Origin: Rhizophagus irregularis
Lineage: Eukaryota
DNA: 64,000 bases
Direction: 5' to 3'
Assembly (NCBI RefSeq): GCF_026210795.1
Contig: NC_089430.1
Span: forward strand, 3,534,001 to 3,598,000
Shown: positions 13,078-27,600 of the stretch, one piece after another
How the letters are laid out: each line of letters starts with the position of its first letter
How positions within the stretch are numbered: the stretch's first letter is position 1
Translations under genes and position numbers: made by a program
Notes under the pieces: generated by a model
The model's database searches: none
Told to the model about the DNA's origin: nothing
What the model saw: only the letters and a program-made list of their open reading frames with translations

Positions 13078-14556
13078 CATATGGGCCGATCCTTGGAATC
13101 TAATTTTTTTACACAAAAATAATTTTATTAAAGCAAATATAAATTATCATTTATATAAGAATAATAAATTTATACTAGATAATGCAAAAAAAACTAATTA
13201 ATTATATAATTTTTAATTTTTTTTTAATATAAGATATCATTAAAATATAAAAGATCAAATATAACTCTCATGACAAAATCATTGATAATTCTTCATAGAA
13301 ATAAGCTATACAAATAAATTTACATTCATTTGAAAGAGAAAATCGAGATCTATCTAATGAATCTAAAATCAAGTAAATTGAATCACTAGTTGTTCAGTAA
13401 TCACGTTCAGTATATTTATTGAATTTTATCTAAATTTGATCATTAATTACTTCACATGTAGTGATTCAATTTGAATGATCTTTGCTCCCTAAGGTGATGC
13501 CAACTTTTATCTTTAAAATAAATTTAAAATAATTCGTTTAATTTATGTAGATGTTTAGGAATTATCAATTATATTATTAATATAAAATTTTATAAGTTTG
13601 ATAAAATCTGATATAAAAAAATTTATTAAATACCTGTAGATGCAAGCTACACGAATGAAATTATATTCATTTGAAAGAGAAAATTGAGGTCTATCTAATA
13701 AGCCTAAAATTGAATGAATTGAATCACTGGATTGTGAATAATTATGTCTAATATATTTATTTTTAATTTTTAAATTTGATTTGACTTTGATCGTTAATTA
13801 CGCCTCATCCAGTGATCCAATTTTCCTGATCTTTGATTCTTACGATAGAGCAAATTCTCAGCTTTCAAATGAATGTAAAATGATGACGTTAGCATATCTC
13901 CAGGAATAATAATGCATGATTTTGTCACCTGCATAAAGTCCGATCTGAAAATTTTATTTCTTACCAAAAAATGCTTTTATAAGAGAATCCCAAATTCTTT
14001 TACTTTATTTAAAAGATTTTATTTGCCATTTAAGGATTTTAATAGAATAAATCTAATAAAATAATTTTAAAAGATAAAAAACAAATATATAATTAGTTAT
14101 TTTGAAAAAAAAGAATATCTTATTATTCATTTTACAACTATTTTACATCATAATTATTTTTTATTTGCATGTATTTTTTACAAAGAAAAAACAATAAATT
14201 AAAGCTAAAAATTATGAAAAAATATGTCTTATCTATGTATATAAAATATTAAGTTTTTTCTTTTACTTACCACTTAAAAATAACTGCTATATTTGCTTAT
14301 AAACTTTTTTGTCATATTTAATAAAAGTGAATAGAAAAATGATGGAAAAGTGATGGGCAGTGATGGGGAAAAAGAAGTGGTTATTACCGTTATTTTTGAA
14401 TATTGATTAAAAAATTTTTTTTTATTTTTTATTAAATCTGAGTTACGTAAATATGTAACACATATTTAATTTAGATTTGTGTAATGTTAATCTTACTAAA
14501 ATATTAAATTTTATAAAAATCTTAATTTAGACTAATTCCAAAAATCGGCACATATG
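13078..14556. mobile_element. Non-autonomous TIR element with CATATG termini (unclassified)
   Basis: CATATGGGCCGATCCTTGGAAT ... ATTCCAAAAATCGGCACATATG. Internal direct and inverted copies of a TTTGAAAGAG...GAATCACT motif; no clear TSD. Confidence 0.55.
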
Positions 14557-15176
14557 TAAAAGACGAAATGGCGAAATTCAATATTCCATAGTATTTCCAT
14601 GGATTGTTTATAGATTTCCATGGATTTTTAATTATAATAATTACTTATAAAAAAAAAAATAATAAATTTATATTAAAATATAATATTTTTTAAAAGAATT
14701 TATAAAACTATTTTATATATAATATAATTTAATATATTTTTATAATAAAATTATAATTTTATATAATTAAAATTTAAACTTAAAGATACTTTAAAATTTT
14801 ATTTTTTTTGAAAAACCTTTAGCTGGTCTAAACGGAAGAAAAAAACAAAGTAACAAAAAACAAAAACTACTTGAAATGACAAACAAAAACACGAAAAATA
14901 CGCGCAAAACAAAGACATGCAGGAAAGGGAAAGTTCCAACAAATTCAAAATTCCCCCAAGAACACTCAGAAGGACAACGACGTGTCTCACACACAAGACA
15001 CGAACATTAGACGCGTACAACAAGGGCAGGACGAACATAATTACAACAGCGCCACTAACACATTTAACTTAACATTTATGGACATAATATTAACGACTTT
15101 GTCCCTGACGATTTCGGCTCAATGTTTTAATGGAACTATCGTACAAACGAAAGGAAACGGCACATTGAGGGCATAT

Positions 15177-15454
15177 CACAGGTAAAAAAATGGTCTATCC
15201 TACACATATTCTACACATATCTTACATATATCGGTACCAAAATGTGAAAACATACACAAATAATACACATATCATATACATATCGGGTACTTGATATATA
15301 TAGTATACCTATCAATGGCACTCGATATACGTACGATATATATATTAGTACCCGATATGTGTATGATATGTGTATTATTTATGTATGATTTTCTACATTT
15401 TGAGTACCCAATATGTGTAAGATATGTGTAGGATAAATCATTTTTTTACCAGTG
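15177..15454. mobile_element. CACTA/CMC-type MITE inserted in the LINE endonuclease
   Basis: TIRs CACAGGTAAAAAAATGG..ATCCTACACATAT / reverse complement CACTGGTAAAAAAAATG..ATCCTACACATAT; 3-bp TSD TAT. Excision restores GGC ATA TGC GAA (G-I-C-E). Confidence 0.85.
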
Positions 15455-18400
15455 TATGCGAAACCAACAGAAACAGGAAAAACGGAGAATTTTAGAATAA
15501 GCAAAACCCAGAATATATCTCATTCTGGACCAACAAGGACAACAAGATTAAAGGATCCGGAGTTTGTATTATAATTAATAAGAAATGGGAAAAACACCTA
15601 GGAAAGGTTAATAGAATAGGTGCCTATTACATAGAAGCTCGTTTACTTTTTAAGAATTGTACACTCGTAGTGAGTGTAGTGTACATGCCGCCATCAGACA
15701 CAGAGATGCAAAACGAATTGACCAATCACATTAAAAACGAGTTTATGAATCACAGTAAAAAAAATAGATATTACATTTTGATAGGAGACTTGAACTCGTA
15801 TTTTGACAAATCAATGGATTACAGTGGCCCATCCAAACTCGCTAAAAAAACTTCAAGCATCATCACATGGCTAGACGACGCTTTCTTCATGGACACATTC
15901 AGAAAATTAAATCAAAAAAAAAAGCTTTACATGGACAAACAATACTACATCAACCAGAATCGATTATATCTGGGCGGATCTGAAGCTTGAAGCTAAACTA
16001 AAAAAGAGCCACATATACCAATCAGCCGATATCACAGATAGCGACCATAATATTACACTCGCGGAAATCTCTTTCACAGATATAATAGTCACTAATAACA
16101 AAGGTGGTAGAAGAGCTGAGAAAAACACAAGACGCATTATATATGATTATGAAAACACCACAAATGAACAATGGAACAAATACAAAAATTACCTCAAGAG
16201 CCTCTGAGGAAGTTTTAAAGCCTTTGAATATATAGAAATCCACGGATGAAATAAAACACCTTAAATGAATTATGGGACATTATATGTAACTGTATACAAC
16301 AGATCTCGCTCAAGCACATCCCACACAAAAAAGTAGGAGGCACCAAAACTAACCTCAATAGAAACTATAAAGAAATAGAAGACTCCTCAAAAGAACGTAA
16401 AGACCTCCTATACATAAGAAGCATAATGAGGAAACTATACAAGAACGAGTTGAGAGGAACAGAGTTAGTCAAGGCGTCAGAAGGGATCAAATCGTTCAAC
16501 CAACGCTACGGAACTAATATTTTCCAGCTAACAGAAGACACGGATTGGTATACGTGGAAATGTGAAACTAGGAATTGGTTGAAGGTAGTCAGAAGAGTGA
16601 TTAAATTGAAAGATAAAGCTTGCAAAGAAGCAACAATAAAGAGAAGAATTGAGGAAAGGAACAACATGATCACTACAGATCAACGGAAAATGATCAATAG
16701 TATACTAGACAAGACTTACTCCAGAATCAACCTGGACAGGATCCGCATAGCCACAGACACACAGGAGGAAATCCTCTTGAATTCTAAAGAAGAAGTCCAA
16801 GCAGAGGCCATTAACGCATTCTCATCGATATTCCGTTCGAGAAATCATAAATTTGAGAACTCTACGAACAATGGAGGGACGTATATGAGCCACGCAGTGG
16901 ACAATCGACCTGCAAGTTTATGATCATTTGGATGATATGCCGACAGAACAAGAATGGAACGAGATGCTAAACACAATGAATGACAAATCAGCCCCGGGTA
17001 TATCAAACATCAGCTACAAATTAATAAAGAAAGCAGGTGCTGAAGTGAATGAATTATTCAGGCGATACACAGGCTTGTGTTATTACCTGCAAGACATACC
17101 AGTAAAATGGAAGATATCCCAGCTGTATCCGATCCCTAAGACATACGATTGGGATTATAACTTCTAAGCAAATTGAGACCAATCGCAACGTATCGCAAAT
17201 GCGCGGTCAAAATTATTACAAAGCGTCTCGGTAGTATTCTCAGCAGACATGCAATCTTGAAAGGACCAAATTACGCAGGCTTACCGGGCGAATCAACATC
17301 AACTCCACTAACAATAATAAACAGTATTTTAGAGGATGCCTGTGAAGAAAATAAAACACTATGGATTGTGTCTCAGGATATGGCGAAAGCATTCGACAGT
17401 GTCGAAATGATCCCCCTGCAAAAAGCTTTGGAAAGGATTAAACTGTCATGTACCATTATTAACTTCATTATAAACATATACAGGAACCGTAAGATGAGAA
17501 TTATCACGGCATACGGTTTAACAGACGCTTTCACTGCGCAGGACGGTATCGATTAAGGCGAGATAATATCCCCCCTGGTATGGAGGATTTTCTACGACCC
17601 TTTGCTTCACAGAATATAAGAAGACAAATCGTTAAGCTATACAATGGAATTGGAATGGCCGATTAACATAATCTGCAATGAGAAACGGAGTATAAAGATA
17701 CGAACTGCCACTTCAGCATACGCAGACGACACACAATGGATAGCTAAAAGTAAAGTCGAAGCAACAAAATATCACTAATTGCCGACGAATTCTTTAACAT
17801 TGACGATATTAAGATAAATGGAGGCAAATCCGAAATCATAGTTGTAAATCCGGAAGACAATAACGAAAACGAAAGGTTCATAGAAATAGGGAAAAACAAA
17901 GACAAAGTGTTTGCTAATAAAGGTTCAGATTCAATACGAATTTTGGGAGTGTAGTTCAAGGCAGATAAAGGAGATAAACATGTAGAATCGATAGTGAAAA
18001 AAGAAATTTTGACAATATTAGAGGTCATTAGACGCAAACACATAACCCACGCACAGACAATATACATTATAAATACCGTGTTACTCCCAAGGTTCGAATA
18101 AAGATTAAAAACCACAATCTGGGAGGATAAGAAGTACGAAGAAACCTTCAGACCAGTCATGAAGGTAGTCAAACATAAAGCGCGGCTCCCTACTAGTTGT
18201 CACGATAATATTCTCCTACATTTTGCACAAGGCAAGTTAAAAAACCTATGGAGAAACCAAATAGCTGCGCAGATTACGGAATTTCTGGTAGCTCTAAATT
18301 CACAAACGAAACAAGCAGACATGCTCAAAATGAGATTAAAAAAAGCACAATTAACATTGAACATAATGTCGTGTATCTTAACAATCGACCCCGACGTCAC

Positions 18401-18706
18401 AGTCTCGAATAAGATGTTGAACAATCATGCGTACAACGTGGCAAGGAAAGCACATGACTATCTGTTTAAATTCTATCCATTAACGGAGAGTGAAGAATGG
18501 AACATACCAATAATCAGTTCAAATGTGAGGGACTTCATATACCAACAAGCGCCAGAACTGCAGAAAAAAGATAAGGAACTCATTATAAGAAAAGCAGCAG
18601 CGCTCTCTGTACACGGAATTTTGCAACTCCTGAATTATGACGCGTCGAACACAGTCACATGGCAACAAATATGCGACTTTAATAGGAGACAAGCAAGAGG
18701 TAGGAC

Positions 18707-19090
18707 TAAAGATGTAGTATGTAATTGATAATTACTACCTTGTGTTGTAATAGTAAGGGTTGCAACCTATTACTACTTTTAAAGTTAAAGTGTTGTAATA
18801 TTACAACACTTATGATTGTTCAAAAATTTCCTTTTTGAAAAATAAAAATTACAAAAATAAGTTTTTATAGAACAAATATCATCATAAAAGAAATAATTAA
18901 TATATAATAATACATATTTATATAATTGGAAATAATTACAACACTATATAATAATTACAATACTAGTAGTAATTATAATACTATATAATAATTATAATAT
19001 TGTGTTGTAATTACAACAAAAGTGTTGTATGTATGTTGTAATAGTTGCAACCTGATAACCTTCTAAAAATAATTACATATTACATCTTTA
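18707..19090. mobile_element. hAT-type MITE inserted in the LINE ORF2
   Basis: TIR TAAAGATGTARTATGTAATT at both ends; perfect 8-bp TSD GGTAGGAC at 18699-18706 and 19091-19098. Confidence 0.9.
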
Positions 19091-21984
19091 GGTAGGACTC
19101 TGAAATGGTTCGACACGTTATTAGGCCTAGTACAACAGTCACCTCAACTTAAAGACCTGCTGTAAGATAAGTGTGGAGTCCCTCTAACTCAGAAAGCGAA
19201 GTACAGGGAATTGGACAGAGGAATCTCAATTAACATTCAAGCAATTAAGATGACAAAAAAAGTTCCATCCATAGATGGCAGAAAAAAGGAGTTTGTGTAT
19301 ACACAGCAGGACCACACGTTAGTAATAGGGCAGATTGACAAAAAGGGCCGGTCAGGAAGATATACAATGCAGCATTGGGCTATTAATGCTGACAACCAGA
19401 AAAGATGACAACGGAGTAATAATTATACGACGTTGCAGTGGCTGCGCGTCAAGTGATAAAGGGATTGACAAAGGAGGTCGCGGCTGCTATTTGAGCGGGA
19501 ACCGTCCAGACCCAGCTTGCATAAATAGGATCTCTAATTGCCAAAACACTCCCAACACTAAAAGTATCAAAGATATTCTGGAAATTAGAAATCACCTTGA
19601 GAGACAATATATCCCAGAACGGATACCTGGCTTCATACAGATATATGACTATGATACGGCTCTCATTCAAAACACGTTATCGAATAAGGAAGCCGTAATA
19701 CAACACATAGCGCTATTGCATCATTTAAGGTCAATATTCAATTCATCTGACATGATTAACATATATACTGATGGTTCATTGACAACTCGGTTTAATGCGA
19801 ACTTAAACACCTTTACAAAACATATGGGCACAGGTTGGGTGATACTGAATGATAAAGAGGAGGTGATACTGGAATGCAGCAGCTCAATTACAGAATAGCC
19901 TTCATCCACACGCGCAGAATTAGGAGCCATCCTATCAGCCATACTTGTCTTGCAAACAAGACAGAGAGTAAACATTTTTACAGATTCTCAAGCTGCAATA
20001 GACAGTATTAATCACACTAGAATAAATCTGACAAATGGAAAAAATAGGATTCGAGTATGGTGTAAAAGTAATAACCACAGTATAGTCAGCAGCATAATTA
20101 ATCTTGTTGATAGCAAACACTTAGAGTTAAAATTAACAAAAGTTAAAGGACACTCAGGAGTCAAAGGTAATGAAGAAGCTGACAGAGTGGCCAAGAATGA
20201 TACAGAAAGACTAACTTGCATTACAATTAATGACTCACAACAAATGGATTTAAAATATGACGTATATTGGAATGGTAAAAGAGTTGACAGACACATTAGG
20301 AAATTTATAGATAATATATGTGAGTCCACACTAGAGGCAGCATGGTCTTTCAACCGCGCACACAGAACAACTTTTCAAAACACAACGTGTGTATAAAAGT
20401 CACAGGGCATTATTTAAAAAAAACACAGGACTTAATGTACACATCGCAATAAATGACAGATTTATTAAGCACTTGAAACTGACAAATAATCTACTACCAA
20501 CTTTAGAGATTATGAAAGAAAGAGATACGACTTATATGGGGATGTAAAGTGTAGAATGTGCTTGAAGAAAATGAAGATGATGATCACATAATCTATTGTC
20601 AACAACTTAGAGATAAATGGTTAGTGGTGGCTAACAACACCAGGTATAAATGTGATCAAATGCTTAAAGACTTGCTTTCACAAGAGAAATACCTCCAACT
20701 AAATCAAGAGGACACACAACAATTACTTTTGTGGAATAGAAAATTTTTTGTTCATACAACAGATTCAAATCAAGAGTTACCTATTCCCCATGCACAATTA
20801 ATGATAAAGAATTTCTTTCCAAAAGAAAAATATAGAGAAATCAAGCTTATTGTTAAGTCAGAAAAAGCTACACTAACAATTACTACCCTCCTTTTAGAAA
20901 TATTTGTTAATGAATTTTATAGAATTATTTGGCAACCACGATGCAACTTAATAACAGAATGGGAACGCATAAAAGGAATCAAGAAGCAAGACTTAAGGAA
21001 GAAAATACCAGCACATCAACGTATTATATATGAACGAACCCCAACTCAACAAATAGATGGTGCTACATATGACTTAAAGGAAGGAAAATTCTTAAACATA
21101 GTGAATAATGGTCAATTGCTCTTGGAAAAACTAGACAATATATAGATCAATTTATCGAGAGAAGGAAATAGGGTGATTTGGAAGGTATATAATAATATCA
21201 AAATGTACAAATACAAATATAATTCTTCTTTTTGTTTAGAGGGTAGTGAAAGCACATACTGAAGCCATATGATAATAATGATCCTATATAATCTGATAGC
21301 TACTATAGGAGGATATAGGTGAATTTTATATTGGTGATGGTAGGGCACAGGAGCAATCTATAGGATGGAGAACTGGTTCAGAGTTTTAATAGATTAGTTA
21401 TACACTTAGCAGACAATCCTGTAATTTCATATAACTAATAAACTCATGAATTGCACTACCTTGCAAAAAAAAAATTTAAACTTAAAAAATATTACTATAT
21501 AGTTTAGTCAATGACGAAACTGAAACTAGTTGGTGACGAAACTGAAATTTTTGGCAAAAAGAGTTTAGCCAGGTATCACTAATACTATATATATAAATAA
21601 ACACAAAATCATAATTTTTAATAGTATTCTTAATATAATTAATAAAAGAAACATTTTTTTCTTTTGGAATATATGATTAACTGATCAGTTTTTTTATCAG
21701 GTTTTTTATATATAAAACTGATGGTTAACCGGTTGGTCTTGAACTGAAACCAAACTGTAATCGAACTGATAAAAACTGGTTATAATTGGTTATAACTGAT
21801 GAACTTTTGGTATCCTTAGTCAGGTTACCTGAATTTGATCAATCTGTTCAGAACTTTAAATTTGAGCTTTTAAAGTATGAGGTTATGTGATTGCTATAAA
21901 AATTAAAACTCAAAAAAATACATAACAGTTATAATATTAATTAATCTTACTAAATAGATTATGGAACTATAGAACATTGGATTT

Positions 21985-22316
21985 AGACTACCCTACTAGA
22001 AAAACTACTGGTTAAATTACTCAGATAATATTCTATAAACTAGAATTTTTAATAAAGAAAAAAATAAGAATGATTTCAATTTATAGCGAACGCTACCTCT
22101 CTTCTTAAGATATATTACCAGTAGAAATTTCACTTTCATATGAAACCTTACCTTAAGATTTGCTTAAATTCTATTGGTTAATTGACTAAAAAGAAAAAAA
22201 ATCATAACAATATAACATAAAATTTCCTTTTATAGTAGGATCTTTAAAGAGTTTTATATGTATATCTTACTTTAGGCCACAGGGTGATCTATCTTAATAG
22301 TAAGTTGGGTTTTACT
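21985..22316. repeat. Degenerate copy of the CAGGA...GCTTACTTAT MITE family
   Basis: Reverse-complement similarity by eye to 45800-45990 (CATAACAATATAACATAAAATTTCC...AGTAGGAT...CTTTAGGCC...GGGTGA). Further remnants at ~11040-11131 and ~62975-63165. Boundaries approximate. Confidence 0.6.
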
Positions 22317-23724
22317 ATAGTACTAGAAGATAGTCAGTTTGCTATCCTTTCCGAACCCATAATTTGATTAATCGATTTTCTTCTCGTCATGTTTTATAAA
22401 ATTTGATAAAGAATCGGTTATAATTAATATGTACTTTAAAATTTAACGAAATTTTGACAAATGAAGTCAATTTTTCTCTTGAAAATTAAAATTTTATGAA
22501 ATTTTTTTTTAATTTGAAAATTTCGGTTAAAATTGAAACCCTGTTCGGATTTAAGATAGAGGATCGAGTACGAAAATTCCTGTATTTATTATCATTTTAA
22601 TGCTTTATTTAAATGATCCTGTTCAATCTATACTTGTACCTACTGGATGCAAAATATTCAAGATTGTTCAAAAGAAAAGTAGAAAAAAGTTGATTATGTA
22701 CTACAAATCTTAAGCTATTGTAAATGCATTTATTGGTACAGAAAATATACAGAAGTCAGCTTCAATGAAAAATATACTGGTGTTTGATAAAGATACTTCT
22801 TTTCTAAATAGAATAAATATTGTAATCAACCACTAAAAAGTGAATAGCAACAGAAGCAAAACTAAGATGTTGATCATAAGATTTTACAGAATACTAATCA
22901 AAAGTCAAACAAGAAGCAGAAGAAGGCTAAAATATTTAGAAATAACAAAGGCAAAGTTTTAGATAGTATTGACAAAAAAAAATTAACTATATTGGCAAAA
23001 ATTAGATCAATGCTAAGAAGGCTGATTTTAGAATTAGTGTTTAACAAAGTTTTTTTTGGAATTTGTAATGTGGCTTCATTATTAACTTATATCCTTTTTT
23101 TCATTTATATTTATTTTACCCTAGAATTTGTTATTTCACTTCTCTGTATTTTTTTTTCTAAATTTTGTTCTATAGTGTAATTAATAAGTTTAGTGGAACA
23201 CTTACTGGTGTAAATTGAAAGGAGAGAATCTCTTTAAGAAAGAGATGTTTTATACAATTACCTTACTCTTCCAGCCAGAGTTCTCATTTAACAATATATA
23301 TGTAAAGTCTTAGTCTTAAAATGACAAGAAGTATAATACTTAATAATGTTAGGATAGTTTTTGCTCTCTGTTTTTTGTATCTATTGAAGATAAGAAATAT
23401 TCAAATTTCGCTTTTTTTTTTAAATTTAATTTACATAAATTTCCCTATTGTTATTTAAAATCTTTTTTATTTGTTAACCAAAATTAATTTTTTAAAAGAA
23501 TTTATATTTTTCAAACTATTTAATATATTTTTTAACTGATTATATTTTTATGTTTATTTAACTTTTAGAATTATTTAAATTGTATTGATATGTAGTGATT
23601 AAACAAAACCAATTTTTTAATTTATAAATTATTACTTAATTACTAAGGATCAACTGTGATACACTCTTGGATAATAATATTATAATAATTACATAACATT
23701 TTTCAAATTAACTCTTTAATAATC

Positions 23725-24486
23725 ATGGAACAATTCGAATTAAAAACTGACAGAAAGCCAAAATTGTCAGATAACATTTTAGAGCTTAAGGTGATTTTTT
23801 TGCTGCTATGGACATATGTTGCTTTATTATTTAACGAATCTAAAACTCTTAACAGTTTATGCAAAGGCAACAAGAAAGAGCTTTACGTGAGAAATTAGAA
23901 AGAGAACGATCTAAAGCCCTTGGTGAAGCTCAATGGGTTGCTTTTTACGATGAGCTTGACGTTGGAAAACCGTAAGTCCAATAAATGTAACTTGCCAATT
24001 ATTTCATCTATTTAAAGACTTTTCTTTATTATTATTAAAGTAAGTTCAATGTGGAGTATTTACCAAGTTATCTATCTTTTACGAAATCTGAAGTAAAAAA
24101 TGGACGTTTGTCTTTTGGACGTTTCAAATCAGGTTATCGGGTAAGATAATTATAATTAATAAGAATTATATTATAGGTATTAGATTTAGATTTTAATTAA
24201 CCTGATTACTTCGAGTTAGAAAGCACCGACTGTAAAAATAATAGATGAACAAAACGAAACATTATCAAATTCTACTAAATACACGCGTAGTAACAACATA
24301 CAGGTTAGAAAGCGAAAATATGAAAATATTCAAAGTATAACTTTGGACAAAAACTCGAGGAAAAAAGACGAACTAGAATTAGACGAAGTTGATAGTAACT
24401 ACGAGTTAGAAGAGGGAGAAATTCCACAAAAGATTGCGAAAGTTAAAAATGAAATTAATAGAAAATTTCTGAAACCACCAGAGTAA
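23725..24486 (+). CDS. MPP6: Exosome cofactor MPP6 (M-phase phosphoprotein 6 family); not in the ORF track because its exons are short
   Basis: Four exons give MEQFELKTDRKPKLSDNILELK|FMQRQQER...GEAQW...|...NGRLSFGRFKSGYR|...RKFLKPPE*. The LS...KFMQR, GR.SFG.F and C-terminal FLKP motifs are MPP6 hallmarks. Confidence 0.8.
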
Positions 24487-24659
24487 TTTATATTAGAAAC
24501 TAAGTCTTATGTCAGTTCGAGAAATTCATAAACCATTCCACGAGTTTATCTATATAAATGAAAAAGAATATTAAAATTAGAAAAGAAAATAGTATAACAC
24601 TTATAATTAATGATAATATGTTAGGAATTAATTTAATAAAATACCTCAAATGATTGAAA

Positions 24660-27600
24660 CTATCGGTTTTCCTCTTTGTCCACGTCCATTTGATTATTCT
24701 TATAAGAAAGTATACTCGTTTGAACTTTCCCGCGTCGATGACTGGTTACGTAATAAAGCCGCATATAAAGTCTTTGAATCAAGTCTTTAGCCTGAAAAAT
24801 AAGTATGTATATTAAGGCACAAACCATACAATATTCCTAAAACCTTGAGCAGCACATTTATGACCTTTACCTTTGTTCGTTCCATGAATGCGGCTCGCAT
24901 GTCCACTATTTAAACAAGTAAAATGAATAATTAGAATAAATTGATGTAACTTAGTATATTTATATAAATAATATTACCTATTCTTCCATGTAAATGGGTT
25001 AACTTGTTGACAATTTCTTCGATTGTATCCTATCATCAAAAAATGTATATATACTAAATTTTATTTATAATAATGCTGCAAGGGGGATAAGAATATAAGT
25101 GATTACCTTCGCATTTCTCAACTGTGATTCATCGTCTAAAGCATAATCAAGAAATAAAACATAATTATATAAATCAGTGTAATTAGTTTCGTCTCTAATT
25201 TTAAAAACGGTCAGACTATCCCGGAAAAGATCCGGAAGAGAATTGATAATCTCAGGTTCTATTACATCAAGCTGTGAATTAAGTCCATAATAAATAATTT
25301 TTCCTTAATGTGATTTCAAAAAAAAAAAGAAAATAGTAATAATAATAACAAAAATTTACTATGGAAAACGTTGACTTGAGACCAAACAAGAATCGAAATG
25401 CTAAAAAACGTCTTAATAAACGTCCGCGATTAGAAATCGGTAAATTCTCTAATATGGACGCTTTGAATTGCGTTATTGAGCCGCATGAAAATTCAACATC
25501 ATCACATATCAGCTTGGTCTTTATGTTTTTTTTTTTAAAAAAAACAGAAATAAAAAAAATAAAATAAATATAGGTCAAATTTTAATAGAGAACAAAAATT
25601 CGTAACTTACTTGTTCTTTCCATTGGTCTTCTTCAAACATCTCTAAAAGCAAATCTAATAGCTGTTCAATTTCGCTGGATAATGACAAAAGTCGTTTATC
25701 TAATGGCAATCGAAGAAAAACAATGACAGCAGATCTTATTTCTTCAGGACTTGAAAACGTGATTAACCTAAAATATAGAATAAATTCAGCGTAATTATTC
25801 ATGTTTTTTATTCATATACCAATTATTTCACCCTGACCTGTTATAAATCATAGGTACAAGTATTTTCAACAATTGTCTTACATTATCGATATAAGAGAAT
25901 TTAGGAGGAGCTTCTATTTAAAAAAAAAATACTTGATCTAAGTTAATCTTTGTTTAAATAATTAGTAAATAACAATAAGTAAATGTTAATACCGAATAGA
26001 GGAATTTGCATAATAATCTGTTCCAGGCAATATCGTGAACTAATCATTTGATTTGATGCACCCAATGTAGTTAATATATTGTATATTTCCATAAAAGAAA
26101 CATTTATGTCATTAGGTTCATTTTCCAGGTTAGAACTATAAATTCCCTGTATTATAAACAATAATTAACATTAAATTGAAGAGAAAAATAAACCGCCATT
26201 ATAATGTAACAATTACTTTAACTTCCGCAATATTTTTTAATGTGTTAAAAGATGCTTCTGAAATTATTTTGTCTTCTCCATAGCTTGCTGAAACAAAGAG
26301 TTAAGTATGTTTAATTCAATAAAAGGAATCTTATATGCATATAAAAGAAATATTCACCTAAACGAAGAAGCCAAATGATGACCTCAGTTGGTAATTGCCA
26401 ACCAATCTCAAATTGACGAGCAATCCAATTGTTACAAAGTATATCTTTGAGATTTTCTTTATCTGTAATTAAATACGTGATTGATTATAAAGATGAAGTA
26501 CGTAAAAGAAATGATTTAAAATATTTGAAGTACCAGAATACACTTTTAATAATAAATCAAATGTTGGATCGTTATTTAGAACTGCTGTCTGTAAATTAGG
26601 AATTTGCAGATTCTACCATAATAAATTTACATCAATATAAAAAATTTGAGAAGAAATATAAAATCATTTCAGTATATTTACAGAATTTAAGGTTCCGAAA
26701 AATTCTATTTGATGTCCTTGATCAAACTTATCAGTCTCTTCAAGTATCTAGTATGTCAAATAAATATTATCAAACTAAGATACTGGTAAATAATAAATTG
26801 ATTGTATAAAATTTCACAAGTTAACCTGCTGCAGATGTTCAAACTTTTCATCTTCGTTTAATATTGCAGCAGATATTTTTAATCGATCGTAATGGTCATA
26901 CGGATCTTCAAGTACATCTAACATCTAAAAGAAAAATAATTAAATAAAATTCACAAATAAATCACATTTTTAAGAAGTGACATTCACATCATCCTCAAGC
27001 AATTTTTCTAGGTCATTAATATTGTAGCCTGCTTTATCTCTTATCTTTTTTTCTCGAAGAAGTACTGGTAACGAATTTTGGTATGATGGTTTTAAAGGAT
27101 AATTTTCTTTTGAAGAGGGAGACAATGAATCATCATATATCGGAATGTCACCCTTTGTTGGAACAGCGTTAACTGTCGGAACAAATCCTTCTTGAAAAAT
27201 AACACGCCGAGAACGTGTGCTTCGTCGCAAGTTGCTTTTTGTATTCTTAGAACTAAGTACAAAAAAAAAAAATTCATAAAGATAATTGCAATTATATTCA
27301 ACCCTTAACAAAAACACACCTTTTTTCTGATTTCGATAACATTTGATCGACTTCATCATATTCAATAACCTAGTATCAACCGATAATTTATTATAATAAA
27401 CTCTTATATTAAAAGTATTTTAATACGGATAATTTAGCTTACGTCAGGAACGCTCTTCGAAACATCATCATCATCATCACTACTTATTGTAATTGTTTCA
27501 TTTTGATTATTAACATGGAGGTTTTTAAGTGGAGAATCAGGAGTTGCATTAAAACTTTTATATTGAGATTCAGTTGCATTGTGACTTTTCGGGGTTTTTC

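Larger units (their letters stand above)
14785..21470 (+). mobile_element. Decayed LINE (non-LTR retrotransposon): APE endonuclease, RT, RNase H, C-terminal Cys/His finger
   Basis: APE motifs (GICETN across an insertion, ILIGDLN, RIDYIW, DSDH); RT ([22 protein letters not shown] at 17719-17730); RNase H (IYTDGS, IFTDSQAAI, KVKGHSGVKGNEEADRVAK). Poly-A tail; 16-bp TSD AAAATTTAAACTTAAA at 14769-14784 and 21471-21486; many stops and frameshifts. Confidence 0.92.
13008..21581. mobile_element. Third-level non-autonomous hAT-like element
   Basis: TIRs TAGAGATCCTGGGCAAAAC / GTTTAGCCAGGTATCACTA; perfect 8-bp TSD ATACTATA at 13000-13007 and 21582-21589. Confidence 0.8.
12704..21818. mobile_element. 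Second-level non-autonomous hAT-like element
   Basis: TIRs TAGGGATGCCAA / TTGGTATCCTTA; 8-bp TSD GTTAGGTT / GTCAGGTT (7/8); AACTGA/AACCG-type subterminal repeats. Confidence 0.75.
12066..21858. mobile_element. Outermost non-autonomous hAT-like element (GGTCAG/CTGACC subterminal repeats), split by nested insertions
   Basis: Left end TAGAGTTCCAAATGGGTCAG, right end ...GTTCAGAACTTTA. Flanks AGTTTGAC/AATTTGAG match 6/8 as a TSD. Same subterminal motif family as 58887-59816; internal ~58-bp tandem repeats at ~12250-12590. Confidence 0.65.

Noticed and set aside
22600..23400. Faintly coding-like fragments (also ~11270-11700 and ~38100-38520)
   Set aside because: No sustained frame or motif; probably very old TE debris that cannot be classified by eye.
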